Positions 8,904-18,507 of a stretch of 29,086 nt of DNA are shown here, piece by piece. Position 1 is the first letter of the stretch; each line of letters starts with the position of its first letter. The stretch comes from Planctomycetota bacterium (GTDB lineage Bacteria; Planctomycetota; Phycisphaerae; SM23-33). The DNA lies in NCBI GenBank assembly GCA_048622595.1, contig JBMCUM010000001.1:1-29086 (forward strand). Direction: 5' to 3'. The notes beneath the pieces are model-generated. The model searched no databases. It was not told the origin of the DNA and was given only the letters and a program-made list of their open reading frames with translations. A program made the translations under genes and the position numbers.

Positions 8904-9167
8904 CTATTGGTCGTTCCGGCGGCACGCGAGCGGCATGTCGCACTCGGCCGCCATGTCCAGCAGCTCGCGGTGCTCCAGGTCGTCGAGACGCTTGCCCCGC
9001 TCGTCGAGCTTCTCGTTGAACTTGATGCACTTCTCCTGCATGGACTCGTGCGTCTGCTGCGAGCCGCCGAGCAGGTGGAAGTTCTTTCCGCTGGTCAGGC
9101 GGACCTCGCCGTCTTCGTTGTCCAGCCCGAGCCCCAGCAATCGACGTCTGCGCCGTTCCTGTACCAC
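8904..9167 (-). CDS. Small hypothetical protein (~87 aa)
   Basis: LLGLGLDNEDGEVRLTSGKNFHLLGGSQQTHESMQEKCIKFNEKL resembles a small uncharacterised family recalled from PVC bacteria (not searched); GTG start with GGGAG 7 nt upstream. Confidence 0.7.
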   Translation of the reverse strand: MVQERRRRRLLGLGLDNEDGEVRLTSGKNFHLLGGSQQTHESMQEKCIKFNEKLDERGKRLDDLEHRELLDMAAECDMPLACRRNDQ

Positions 9168-9339
9168 CGCATCGCTCCCGTTCCACGCGTTCCCGACACC
9201 GATGAGCTTACCACACAACCCGCGGCCTGACACCCCCGTAATGGGGCGAACCCCGCCTTCCGACGGTCGGGCGGCGCCGACAACCGCCAAGCCGTGGCAG
9301 GCAGGGACGCCGCACGGCTCCTTTCGCCCGCGCACGAGG

Positions 9340-9367
9340 TGGACGCGGCCGCAGCAACTCCTATAAT
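9340..9367 (+). promoter_or_regulatory. sigma70-like promoter for the phosphatase gene
   Basis: TGGACG-N16-TATAAT (perfect -10 at 9362-9367), then 8 nt to ATG 9376; no SD. Confidence 0.55.
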
Positions 9368-9375
9368 GTCCGGCC

Positions 9376-10037
9376 ATGACAGAATCCGAGGACAACCCGA
9401 GCGACCGTCCGGCGCGGCCCCGTCGCCGGTGGCGCAAGCACCTGATCCGCACGGCGATCATCGCGCCGCTCGTCGCGGCCGCGGTGTGTTACATCGGCGT
9501 CAAGGACCGCTGGTTCAAGCCCCCGTATCCGGATGCCGGCAAGGCCGTCTGCTGGCTCATCGGCGGGCAGGAGGAGGCGTACAACTTCGACGAGGTCGTC
9601 GCCGGCCGCGTCTACCGCAGCGGTCGACCGGACGAGCGCCTCTACCGCTACGCCGCCGAGAAGTACGGCGTCCGGAAGGTCGTGCGCCTATGCGGTCCGG
9701 AGCACACGGACTTCATCCCCCTGCCCCCCGACGACCTGAACATGGACGTGACGATCCTCTCGTGGGAGTCGAGCATCATCCCCCCCCCGACGAGCTGCGG
9801 GGGGTGCTGGACATCTTCGACGACGACACCCCGGCGCTGGTGCACTGCTCGGCGGGCGTTCACCGCACCGGATACGCCGTCGGCGCCTACCGCGTGCTGC
9901 GGCAGGGCTGGTCGGCCGAGCGGGCACGCGAGGAAATGCAGCGGTTCAGTTGGAAGGACCTGTCGGAAAACGAGTTGTACATCCACCTGGGGCGACTGGC
10001 CCGCCGGCGCGACGGCGCGGCTCAGGCCTCCAGGTAG
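9376..10037 (+). pseudogene. Membrane-anchored PTP/dual-specificity-type phosphatase split by a frameshift at a C9 tract
   Basis: Frame from 9376: TM helix, YNFDEVVAGRVYRSGRP, VRKVVRL. Frame of 9789: DEL...ALVHCSAGVHRTG (HCx5R signature)...EEMQRF, stop 10035-10037. Switch falls in the C9 run at 9780-9788. Confidence 0.85.
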
Positions 10038-12673
10038 CACAGCACGCGCTGGTCCAGCACATTGGCGTTGATCTGCGGCCTGCCGCTCAGAGCGTCCGGC
10101 TCGAGGACGCGGACGGCGTCGGCCCAGGCACCGGCCTCCGGCGCCAGCTCGGTCAGCTTGTTCGCCCCGCCGGCCAGCAGGTCCGTATTGAGCCGGTTGC
10201 CCTCGCGGTCGCCGAACAGGGCGAAGTAGAGGATGTCCAGCTCGACGAGTTGGCTGAAGAAGTGCGTCCCCATCGACACGTCCGGGGTGACGTTCTCGCC
10301 CATCGCTACCAGCTCGCACATGATTGAGACGGTGGAGATGTCCGCGAACTGCACGGGAATGCCCAGCGACGGCGTGGTCGTGCCCCACCGACCCGGGCCG
10401 ATCAGCATGTACGTCCGCCCGGCCTCTGCGCCGTCGACCGAGGCGCCCGCGCCGGGCTCGGGGTGCGTCAGCCGTCCGATCAGCCGCGCCACGGCGTAGC
10501 GGTCCGGGATGGGCAGCTTATCGTACACCGACGGGACGACGTAGATGATCCGGTCGATGTGTCCGCTACGGCTTCGACCCAGCACGGCGCCACGGGCCTC
10601 CAGAAGACACTTCTCGTCCGGCAGGTTCTCCGGCGGCGGTTCGATCGCCCCGCCCTCGCGGACCTGCAAGGGGCGGCACTGAAGCATGTTGATCCTGTAC
10701 CCGCCTTCGGGGGTCGACTCCCCGCTCGCGGCGTCGACGAGATTGACGCTGAACTCGATGTCCACCGGGTATTCGTAGGCCCGCTGGAGCGTCGCGAGCA
10801 TCTCCCGCATGTCCGCGACGAAGTCCGTACGGGAAAACAGATTGTCGAACGTCAGTACCAGTGCAGCCGGGTCGTCCAGCCCGACGCGCCGGGCGACCTG
10901 CTGGTCGCGCGTGGCGAACATGTCGATCGGCAGCCCCTCGCTGCGGGCGACGACGTCGGTGAACCGTTTGGAAACCAGCCGGTTGGCCTCCAAGTCCAGC
11001 ACGTCCACCTTGCGCTGTGAGTACTGGCGGATCTGGTCGAAGTCGCCTTCGGGCCTGCGGTCCGGGGCGTTCAGCGCGACCAGGCGGGTGTAGTCGTCGT
11101 CGCTCCGCTCGACGGCGCGCGTCCCCAGCCCGAAGGCGAGCCGCAACACGCCGGCGGCGGGGTCGATCTGAGGACTCCAGACGTAGGGGTTGAACGAGAA
11201 CCCCACCCCCGCCGCCTGCGGGTAGTACAACTGCCGCCCGTACATCGCCCCGCTGACGCGCTGGACCAGCAATGCCATCTGCTCGTCCCGGTCCAGCAGC
11301 CCGCGCTCGGCGCGGTAGCGCAGGGCCCGCTCGGACATGCTGGAGGCGTAGATGGCGCGGACCGCGGCGAGGAAGTTGTCCAGCCGCGCCTGGCGCGGTC
11401 CCTGATTCACGCAGAAGACGCTGTCGTACTTTCCCGCGAAGGCGTTGCCGAAGTTGTCCTCCAGCAGGCTCGAGGAGCGCACGATGATCGGCGACTGCCC
11501 AAAGTAATCGAGCATGTCCTCGAACTGCTGGCGGACGTAGTCGGGGAATTCGCCGGTGAGCATCCGCTGGCGGGCCTGCTCGGCGCCTTCCAGGAAGCTT
11601 CCCGGGTCGCGCTGCTTGGCGCGGGTCCACCACAGCCCGTTGCGAACGAGATACGTGTAGAACACGTCCGACCCGACGTAGAACGAGTCGTGACGCTCCA
11701 GCAGGCGGTTCCAGCGCGGGTCGGCCTGGGCGAGAATCGCCCGCGCCAGCAGCATGCCCACGCTCTTGCCCCCGATCAGCCCCGTCCCGACCATCCGCCG
11801 CCCGATCGCCAGCACGTCGGTCAGCGAGAAGTACCGCTCGGCCAGGGCGAGCACGCGCTCGTCGCGCGAAACGGCCATCCGCAGCAGACGACGGAGGATC
11901 GATGCGGCTTCCTCGCTGCCGGCAGCGCCCCGGGGGGGTTCCTCGATCGCGCGCTCGCCGGCGACGAACGTCCGGTCCCACAGCCCGGTCGGGAAGGTCG
12001 CCGCGTCCTGACGCAGCCAGGGGTTCTGTGTGAGAATCTCCGCGATGACCGTGCTGTGTGTGATCGTGCGGAAGTTCTCGCCGTCGCGCTCGTGGAGCAT
12101 GTGCATCGTCGGCGAGTGACGCCCCTGGACCTTCCACGGATGAACGTACTGCCTGCCCTCGTGACGGTAAACGTCCATCAGAATCTGTGCCGTCTCGGCA
12201 ATGGTCGCCGTCGTGTGCGCCGCGTGCGTCTGACGCATCAGCAGGAAGTACGCCAACGCCCCGACGTCGTAGATGTACGGGCAGGTCAACATGAAGAAAT
12301 TCGCCAGCATCTGGTCGCTGTACCAGTCGGCCGCCAGGTCGCTGAGGCAGTCGAAGACGTAGTACGCCCGCGCCCCGTTGTCGGCGATGACATGGTGGAT
12401 CTCGCCGAGGAACGCCTCGAACCCCGCCGTCGCATCCAGCGGGAAGACCCGGACGCCGTCGCCGGGCTCCATCAGCGGCGGGTGCTTGGCGAAGCGAAAG
12501 TAGACGCACGGATACCCCAGCCGCCGCGCCGCGGACGCGTACGCCGGCAGAAAGGCGCGATAGTCTTCCACCGACTCCACGTGCCAGACCACGTTGTCCC
12601 CGGCCATCAGCCCGCGAACCACGTCGTCCAGCCCGGTCAGGCCCGTGCTCAGTTGCGTATCCATCTGGGGCAT
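10022..12673 (-). CDS. PEP/pyruvate-binding (PPDK_N ATP-grasp) domain protein with a degenerate KaiC/RecA-like N-terminus (883 aa)
   Basis: LSTGLTGLDDVVRGL N-terminus without a Walker A; IIVRSSSLLED..FAGKYDS, MALLVQRV, FGLGTRAV, VDIEF, LQCRP; C-terminal GPGRWG..LGIPV..SMGTHFF; RBS GGAGAG. Confidence 0.85.
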   Translation of the reverse strand: MPQMDTQLSTGLTGLDDVVRGLMAGDNVVWHVESVEDYRAFLPAYASAARRLGYPCVYFRFAKHPPLMEPGDGVRVFPLDATAGFEAFLGEIHHVIADNGARAYYVFDCLSDLAADWYSDQMLANFFMLTCPYIYDVGALAYFLLMRQTHAAHTTATIAETAQILMDVYRHEGRQYVHPWKVQGRHSPTMHMLHERDGENFRTITHSTVIAEILTQNPWLRQDAATFPTGLWDRTFVAGERAIEEPPRGAAGSEEAASILRRLLRMAVSRDERVLALAERYFSLTDVLAIGRRMVGTGLIGGKSVGMLLARAILAQADPRWNRLLERHDSFYVGSDVFYTYLVRNGLWWTRAKQRDPGSFLEGAEQARQRMLTGEFPDYVRQQFEDMLDYFGQSPIIVRSSSLLEDNFGNAFAGKYDSVFCVNQGPRQARLDNFLAAVRAIYASSMSERALRYRAERGLLDRDEQMALLVQRVSGAMYGRQLYYPQAAGVGFSFNPYVWSPQIDPAAGVLRLAFGLGTRAVERSDDDYTRLVALNAPDRRPEGDFDQIRQYSQRKVDVLDLEANRLVSKRFTDVVARSEGLPIDMFATRDQQVARRVGLDDPAALVLTFDNLFSRTDFVADMREMLATLQRAYEYPVDIEFSVNLVDAASGESTPEGGYRINMLQCRPLQVREGGAIEPPPENLPDEKCLLEARGAVLGRSRSGHIDRIIYVVPSVYDKLPIPDRYAVARLIGRLTHPEPGAGASVDGAEAGRTYMLIGPGRWGTTTPSLGIPVQFADISTVSIMCELVAMGENVTPDVSMGTHFFSQLVELDILYFALFGDREGNRLNTDLLAGGANKLTELAPEAGAWADAVRVLEPDALSGRPQINANVLDQRVLCYLEA

Positions 12674-12876
12674 CGGTACACTCTCCGTTCGGCGCGCCCG
12701 CTGTTGCTATCATACTGCCGGGGCGGCCCCATAAGCGGCGATGGACGGTTCTATTGCGACTTCTTATGAACGTCCGGCGGCTCGGGGCCCTACAATCCGG
12801 GACTTGGCGTGCATCATACCCGGCGCAGGAGCCCGGCGAAGCGCCCTGCACAGCGAGACTTCTGAGGAATTTCTGA

Positions 12877-14229
<1,353 letters not shown>

Positions 14230-14272
14230 TCGACGCCGGACAATCTGCGATTGCCCGTATCCCGAGTCGGGC

Positions 14273-14511
14273 CCCGAAGGGCCGGAGGTTGGTGCCCGGG
14301 GCGGAGGCCGACGCGCCTTGTACCCCGGCCCGAAGGGCCGGAGGTTTGTAGCCGGGGGCTTTCAGCCCCCGGAAGCAGCGGCTGGAGCCATGCCGGGGCG
14401 GAGGTCCGGCAGGAAACCCACTCGCCCCGTCGAGGCGAGATCGGTTTGGCCTGTTCCGGGGGCTTGGCTTCGCCCGCGCCCCCGGCTAACGACCTGCCGG
14501 GCCTTCGGCCC
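14273..14511. repeat. REP/REPIN-like palindromic element between convergent genes
   Basis: 18-bp direct repeat CCCGAAGGGCCGGAGGTT at 14273 and 14329; perfect 9-bp hairpin at 14352-14372; imperfect ~32-bp terminal inverted repeats at 14327-14358 and 14479-14511. Confidence 0.75.
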
Positions 14512-14545
14512 GTTGGGCAATCGCTATGTACTTACTGGACACTGC

Positions 14546-15121
14546 TTAGCGCGCAGGCGGCTTGCGGACCGACGCGACGAAGTAATCGACCAGCGAGGCG
14601 CCCGTGACCGCCACGACGAGACCGACCAGTCCCCCACGCAGCAGCGCCACGTCGCCCCACGCCGCCAGGGGCCCGACGGCCAGCGTGCAGGCCAGGGCGA
14701 CGGCGGCGGCGCCCTGGACAATGGCCTTGAGCTTGCCCGTGGCGCGCGCGGCGACCTTGCGCCCCCCCAGGATGCACGTGATGCGGATGTAGGCGACGGA
14801 GACGTCGCGGATCGCCAGGACGAGCAGCACCCACCAGGGGCTGACGCCCGCCGCGGCCAGGCCCGCGTAGGTCACCAGGCGCGAGATCGAGTCGCAATAC
14901 GGGTCGAGCAGCTCGCCGAAGCGGCTGGTCACCTCCCACCGCCGCGCCAGCAGCCCGTCGGTCAGGTCGCTGACCTCGACGCTCACCAGCAGCGCCACGG
15001 CCGCCCACGCCGCGACCGACGCGGCGCCCGCACCGGCCAGCAGACCCGCACCCGCGCCCGCCAGCGGGACGCGGACCACCGTCACGGCCACGACCAGCGA
15101 TCGGCGGGCGGCGCGGGTCAT
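14546..15121 (-). CDS. CDP-alcohol phosphatidyltransferase family protein (PgsA-like)
   Basis: Signature DLTDGLLARRWEVTSRFGELLDPYCD; GKLKA; several hydrophobic helices. Confidence 0.88.
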   Translation of the reverse strand: MTRAARRSLVVAVTVVRVPLAGAGAGLLAGAGAASVAAWAAVALLVSVEVSDLTDGLLARRWEVTSRFGELLDPYCDSISRLVTYAGLAAAGVSPWWVLLVLAIRDVSVAYIRITCILGGRKVAARATGKLKAIVQGAAAVALACTLAVGPLAAWGDVALLRGGLVGLVVAVTGASLVDYFVASVRKPPAR

Positions 15122-15125
15122 GGCG

Positions 15126-15431
15126 TTACTTGTCGCCCTCGATGCGCGTGATCATCAGCTCCCAGCCGTTGGCGGTCTGCGGCTCATCGGCGCCGGGGGC
15201 GGTGAGCGTCTGGCCGGGCTCGACGGTCGCCACATCGACGGCGGCGTCGGCGAACCGCCCGCTGTCGTCGGCCTCGAAGGCGTGCTCGAAGCTGTGGGCG
15301 AGGAAGTCGGCGGAGACGCCGTGCAGCGCCCCGACGGTCATCTCGATGCGGGTGACGCGCCGGAAGCCCTGGTTCTCGGCGACCTGGCGCACCTGCGGCC
15401 AGAGCTCCTTAGCCAGTCCGTGTTCGTGCAT
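15126..15431 (-). CDS. hypA: HypA/HybF-like nickel metallochaperone lacking the Zn-finger cysteines (101 aa)
   Basis: N-terminal MHE motif, VTRIEMTVGALHGVSADFLAHSFE, C-terminal G.ELMITRIE; GAGG RBS before ATG 15431; no Cys in the protein. Confidence 0.75.
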   Translation of the reverse strand: MHEHGLAKELWPQVRQVAENQGFRRVTRIEMTVGALHGVSADFLAHSFEHAFEADDSGRFADAAVDVATVEPGQTLTAPGADEPQTANGWELMITRIEGDK

Positions 15432-15450
15432 GCTTCGCCTCACTCTTCAA

Positions 15451-15648
15451 AAACAGCAGGAATTCATGGGATACAGGGGATACAGCTTGCTTTTATAGCG
15501 GGGATGAACACGCCCGGACGGGTGCCCGTATGGGCAGATCAACGCGGATGAACTATATTGTTTTCCCTCTGCGTTCATCGGCGTTCATCCCCGCTATTTT
15601 GACGAGGAGAAGTCGTTATCCCCTGCATCCCCTGCATCCCTGCTATTT
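15451..15648. repeat. Nested inverted-repeat element built from 9- and 10-bp tandem units, with no ORF of its own
   Basis: Outer IR 15451-15482 vs 15617-15648 (27/32); inner perfect 15-bp IR 15495-15509 vs 15583-15597; 9-mer ATCCCCTGC units at 15618-15643; 10-mer units at 15568-15587; hairpin at 15523-15536. Confidence 0.85.
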
Positions 15649-16133
15649 GGTTTTGTCGTCTTCGCCGAGCGCAGGACGTCCTCGACGAGTCGGACCCCCG
15701 CGGCGGTCAGGTCGTCCAGCGCGGCGGCGAGCTCGTCGCTGAGCGTCCGCCCGTAATCGACGACCTTCGGCTGGATCGCCAGCACGCGGACCTCCGCGGG
15801 ACGGTGGAAGAACCGCGCCACGAGTGTCAGCGTCTCGTTGAACGGCGCGTCGTGCATGCTGGCGCGGTGCTCGGCGGGCAGGTCGCAGAGCTGCTGCGGC
15901 GTGACGGCGCGGTGCTCGCCGGGGGCGAGCTTCATCTCGGCCGAGTCGAACACGACCAGCCGCGTCGCGTCCTCGATCACGTTGATGAGGTTCAGCCCCC
16001 CGGCGCCGCCGTCGACGAATTCGACGACCTTGGGCCAGTCGCGCGCCTGCTGCACGCGCTGGAGCACGCGCACGCCGACACCGTCGTCGCGCATCAGGAC
16101 GTTTCCGATTCCCAGGACGGTCAGGTCGCTCAT
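15594..16133 (-). CDS. [NiFe]-hydrogenase maturation protease (HyaD/HybD/HycI family)
   Basis: LGIGNVLMRDDGVG, FVDGG, VFDSA, SMHD, LAIQP; C-terminal tail encoded by the repeat element. Confidence 0.9.
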   Translation of the reverse strand: MSDLTVLGIGNVLMRDDGVGVRVLQRVQQARDWPKVVEFVDGGAGGLNLINVIEDATRLVVFDSAEMKLAPGEHRAVTPQQLCDLPAEHRASMHDAPFNETLTLVARFFHRPAEVRVLAIQPKVVDYGRTLSDELAAALDDLTAAGVRLVEDVLRSAKTTKPNSRDAGDAGDNDFSSSK

Positions 16134-16182
16134 CGGCGCTCACTGTACCGCGCGGTTCGGGCGCGCACCAGCGGCAGGTCGG

Positions 16183-16776
16183 TTACAGCGAGCCCTTGGT
16201 GGAGGGGACCTCGCCGCCGCGGTCGGGGTCGACGCCCTTGGCCTGGCGCAGCGCCTGAGCGAGCGCCTTGAAGATCGCCTCGGCGACGTGGTGGTCGTTG
16301 ACGCCGTAGGGGACGTTGACGTGGACGTTCATGCCCGCCGTGGCGGCCAGGCGGCGGATGAACTCCTCGACGAGCTGCGTGTCGAACGTTCCGATCTTGT
16401 CGCCGGCGAAGCGGACGTTGTACACGACCGCGGCGCGTCCCGACAGGTCCACCGAGACATTCGCCAGCGCCTCCTCCATGGGCACGCTGGCCGAGCCGTA
16501 GCGGGTCAGACCCGCCTTGTCGCCCAGAGCCTCGTCCAGCGCCTCGCCGAGGCAGATGGCGACGTCCTCGGCCGTGTGATGGTCGTCCACCTCCAGGTCG
16601 CCGGTCGCCTTGACGGTCAGGTCCGACAGGGAGTGCTTGGCGAGATGGTCGAGCATGTGGTCGAGGAAGCCGATGCCGGTGGCGACCTCGGACGTGCCCG
16701 ACCCGTCCAGATCCAGCGTCAGCTCGATCCGGGTCTCTTTCGTCTTGCGGGTGATTGTCGCTTTTCGGTCGTTCAT
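16183..16776 (-). CDS. hisB: Imidazoleglycerol-phosphate dehydratase
   Basis: RKTKETRI, TGIGFLDHML, DDHHTAEDVAI, NDHHVAEAIFKA; ATG 16776 (the ORF-track extension reads through repeats). Confidence 0.96.
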   Translation of the reverse strand: MNDRKATITRKTKETRIELTLDLDGSGTSEVATGIGFLDHMLDHLAKHSLSDLTVKATGDLEVDDHHTAEDVAICLGEALDEALGDKAGLTRYGSASVPMEEALANVSVDLSGRAAVVYNVRFAGDKIGTFDTQLVEEFIRRLAATAGMNVHVNVPYGVNDHHVAEAIFKALAQALRQAKGVDPDRGGEVPSTKGSL

Positions 16777-16781
16777 TTTTG

Positions 16782-16823
16782 TGTTCGACGTTTGGGGTTC
16801 GACGTTCGGGGTTCGACGTTCGA
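16782..16823. repeat. Heptamer tandem array, 6 x NGTTCGR (3' arm of cassette A)
   Basis: TGTTCGA CGTTTGG GGTTCGA CGTTCGG GGTTCGA CGTTCGA. Confidence 0.92.
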
Positions 16824-16874
16824 CGCTGCACATTAGGCAACGATGCTCAATGATCGACGCTTTGAGGTTGCCGG

Positions 16875-17291
16875 TCAACTGTTCGGGGATGTTTGTTGGG
16901 GGCAATTGCTGCCCACGCCAATCTGGCGATTGCGGCGCAGGCTCGCAACGAGACCTTTCGTCAGCCCGCGAACGCGATCACCTAGATCGTATGCTCGGCA
17001 TACATGGTCATGTTCCAGATAGCCAAGTTTCTCCGCGGCGATCAATTGCGTCTCCGTTTCGTTAAGAGACCCCAACGCCATGTCAAGAAAACGAAGAAAA
17101 TCGGCCTTGCTGGAGCGGCCATGACCTTCGGCGATGTTGCTGGCGACGCCGACCACCGCCCTTCGGACTTGGGCCCGAAGGCCGAATCGCTCGTCGGGGG
17201 GAAAGGATCGGGTCAGCTTGTAGACTTCGAGCAGCAGATCCATGGCCGCCTGCCATGCTCGCAAGTCCCGATATGACTTGATGGCGGCCAA
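16875..17291 (-). CDS. Four-helix-bundle protein (23S rRNA IVS protein family, PF05635/TIGR02436-like), copy A
   Basis: SYRDLRAWQAAM, YKLT..FPPDERFGL.AQVRRA, SNIAEGHGR, FLRFLDMALGSLNETETQL; probable TTG start at 17291 with GGGAG 7 nt upstream; ~56% GC in sampled lines. Confidence 0.92.
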   Translation of the reverse strand: MAAIKSYRDLRAWQAAMDLLLEVYKLTRSFPPDERFGLRAQVRRAVVGVASNIAEGHGRSSKADFLRFLDMALGSLNETETQLIAAEKLGYLEHDHVCRAYDLGDRVRGLTKGLVASLRRNRQIGVGSNCPQQTSPNS

Positions 17292-17368
17292 TCCGCGCTC
17301 CCCAAGATGTTCGGCGACCTTCCTGGCGCTCGTTCCGGCCTCAAACACTCCACGCCGCCCGTCACCCG

Positions 17369-17403
17369 TCGAACATCGAACGTCGAACACCGAACGTCGA
17401 ACG
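17369..17403. repeat. Heptamer tandem array, 5 x YCGAACR (5' arm of cassette A, inverted relative to 16782-16823)
   Basis: TCGAACA TCGAACG TCGAACA CCGAACG TCGAACG; begins 2 nt after the hisC stop on the minus strand. Confidence 0.92.
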
Positions 17404-17405
17404 TT

Positions 17406-18443
17406 TTACATCAGCGCCTTCAGCAGCGCGGCGTTCTGCTCGTCGGTCCCGACGGTGATCCGCAGCTTGTCGTCGAGGCGCGGGGCTTGGAAGTATCGAA
17501 CCAGAATGCCGGAATCCTTGAGCATCGCGTGGACCGCGGCGGCGTCGCCTCCGCCGGGTCGGGCCAGCACGAAGTTCGCCTGCGAGTCCCACACCCGCCA
17601 GCCCATCGCCCGCAGCCCTGCCGTCAGCTCCGCCCGGGCGGCGCGGACCCGCTCGACGTTGGCGTCCTTCCAGTCCGCGTCGCGCAGCGCCGCTGCGCCC
17701 AGGGCGGCCGGCAGGGCGCCGACGTTGTAGATCTGCTTGGTTTTGCACAGCGCCTCCAGCAGCGCCGGACGGGCGACGGCGAAGCCGACGCGCAGCCCGG
17801 CCAGCGAGTAGCCCTTCGACAGCGTCCGCAGGACGATGACGTTGTCACAGCGCTCGACCAGCCCCAGGGCGGTCTCGTCGGCGAAGTCCACGTACGCCTC
17901 GTCGACGACCAGCAGCCCCGAAAGCCGTTCGGCCAACTCGCCCAGTTGCTCCGTCGGCGCCGCCGTGCCCGACGGGCTGTTCGGGTTGGCCACGAACGTC
18001 ACGGCCGCGCCGGACTCGGCGAGCGCGTCGACGGGAAGGGCGTAGTCCTCGCCGTAGGGCACCTCCAGGGGACCGGCGGTCTCGACCTGCGCCTGGGTGC
18101 GATAGTAGGTGAACGTCGGGACGGGGCAGGCGACGAGCCGCCGGGGCGCGCACGCGGCGCGGGCGATCATCATGATCGCATCGTCGCTCCCGTTGCCCGG
18201 AAGGATCCACCCGGGCGGAACGTCCATCGCCTCGGCCGCCGCTTGGCGGAGCACACCGGCCGTGGCGTCCGGGTAGACCCGCAGCGTCTCGGCGTCGAAC
18301 GTGGCCAGGGCCTCGGCGACCCGCGGCGAGGGGGGGTACGGATTCTCGTTGGTGTTGAGCTTGATGACCTCGGCGCCGGCGGGCGGCTGGGCACCGGGGA
18401 CGTAGGCGGCCATCTGCTCGATATTGTCGCGGAAGAAAGACAT
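17406..18443 (-). CDS. hisC: Histidinol-phosphate aminotransferase
   Basis: KLNTNENPYPP, NGSDD, NPNSPSG, VVDEAY, RTLSKGYSLAGLRVG (PLP lysine). Confidence 0.95.
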   Translation of the reverse strand: MSFFRDNIEQMAAYVPGAQPPAGAEVIKLNTNENPYPPSPRVAEALATFDAETLRVYPDATAGVLRQAAAEAMDVPPGWILPGNGSDDAIMMIARAACAPRRLVACPVPTFTYYRTQAQVETAGPLEVPYGEDYALPVDALAESGAAVTFVANPNSPSGTAAPTEQLGELAERLSGLLVVDEAYVDFADETALGLVERCDNVIVLRTLSKGYSLAGLRVGFAVARPALLEALCKTKQIYNVGALPAALGAAALRDADWKDANVERVRAARAELTAGLRAMGWRVWDSQANFVLARPGGGDAAAVHAMLKDSGILVRYFQAPRLDDKLRITVGTDEQNAALLKALM

Positions 18444-18452
18444 AACGGCGGG

Positions 18453-18507
18453 TCTTAGGTCTTAGGTCTTAGTGATAGGGCTGAGGCCTGAGAACTGAGG
18501 GCTGAGG
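18453..18507. repeat. Heptamer arrays 3 x TCTTAGG and 4 x NCTGAGR (3' arm of cassette B)
   Basis: TCTTAGG TCTTAGG TCTTAGT (18453-18473); GCTGAGG CCTGAGA ACTGAGG GCTGAGG (18480-18507), abutting the four-helix-bundle stop codon. Confidence 0.92.

Noticed and set aside
10022-12673. Calling the gene ppsA or kaiC
   Set aside because: No PEP/pyruvate-binding barrel and no Walker A motif, so neither symbol is supportable.
16777-17390. Extended ORF starts reading through heptamer arrays (hisB from 16905/16840, copy A from 17390)
   Set aside because: The extensions translate the repeats (RRTSNPERRTPNVE, MFDVRCST). Family alignment and RBS position favour 16776 and 17291.
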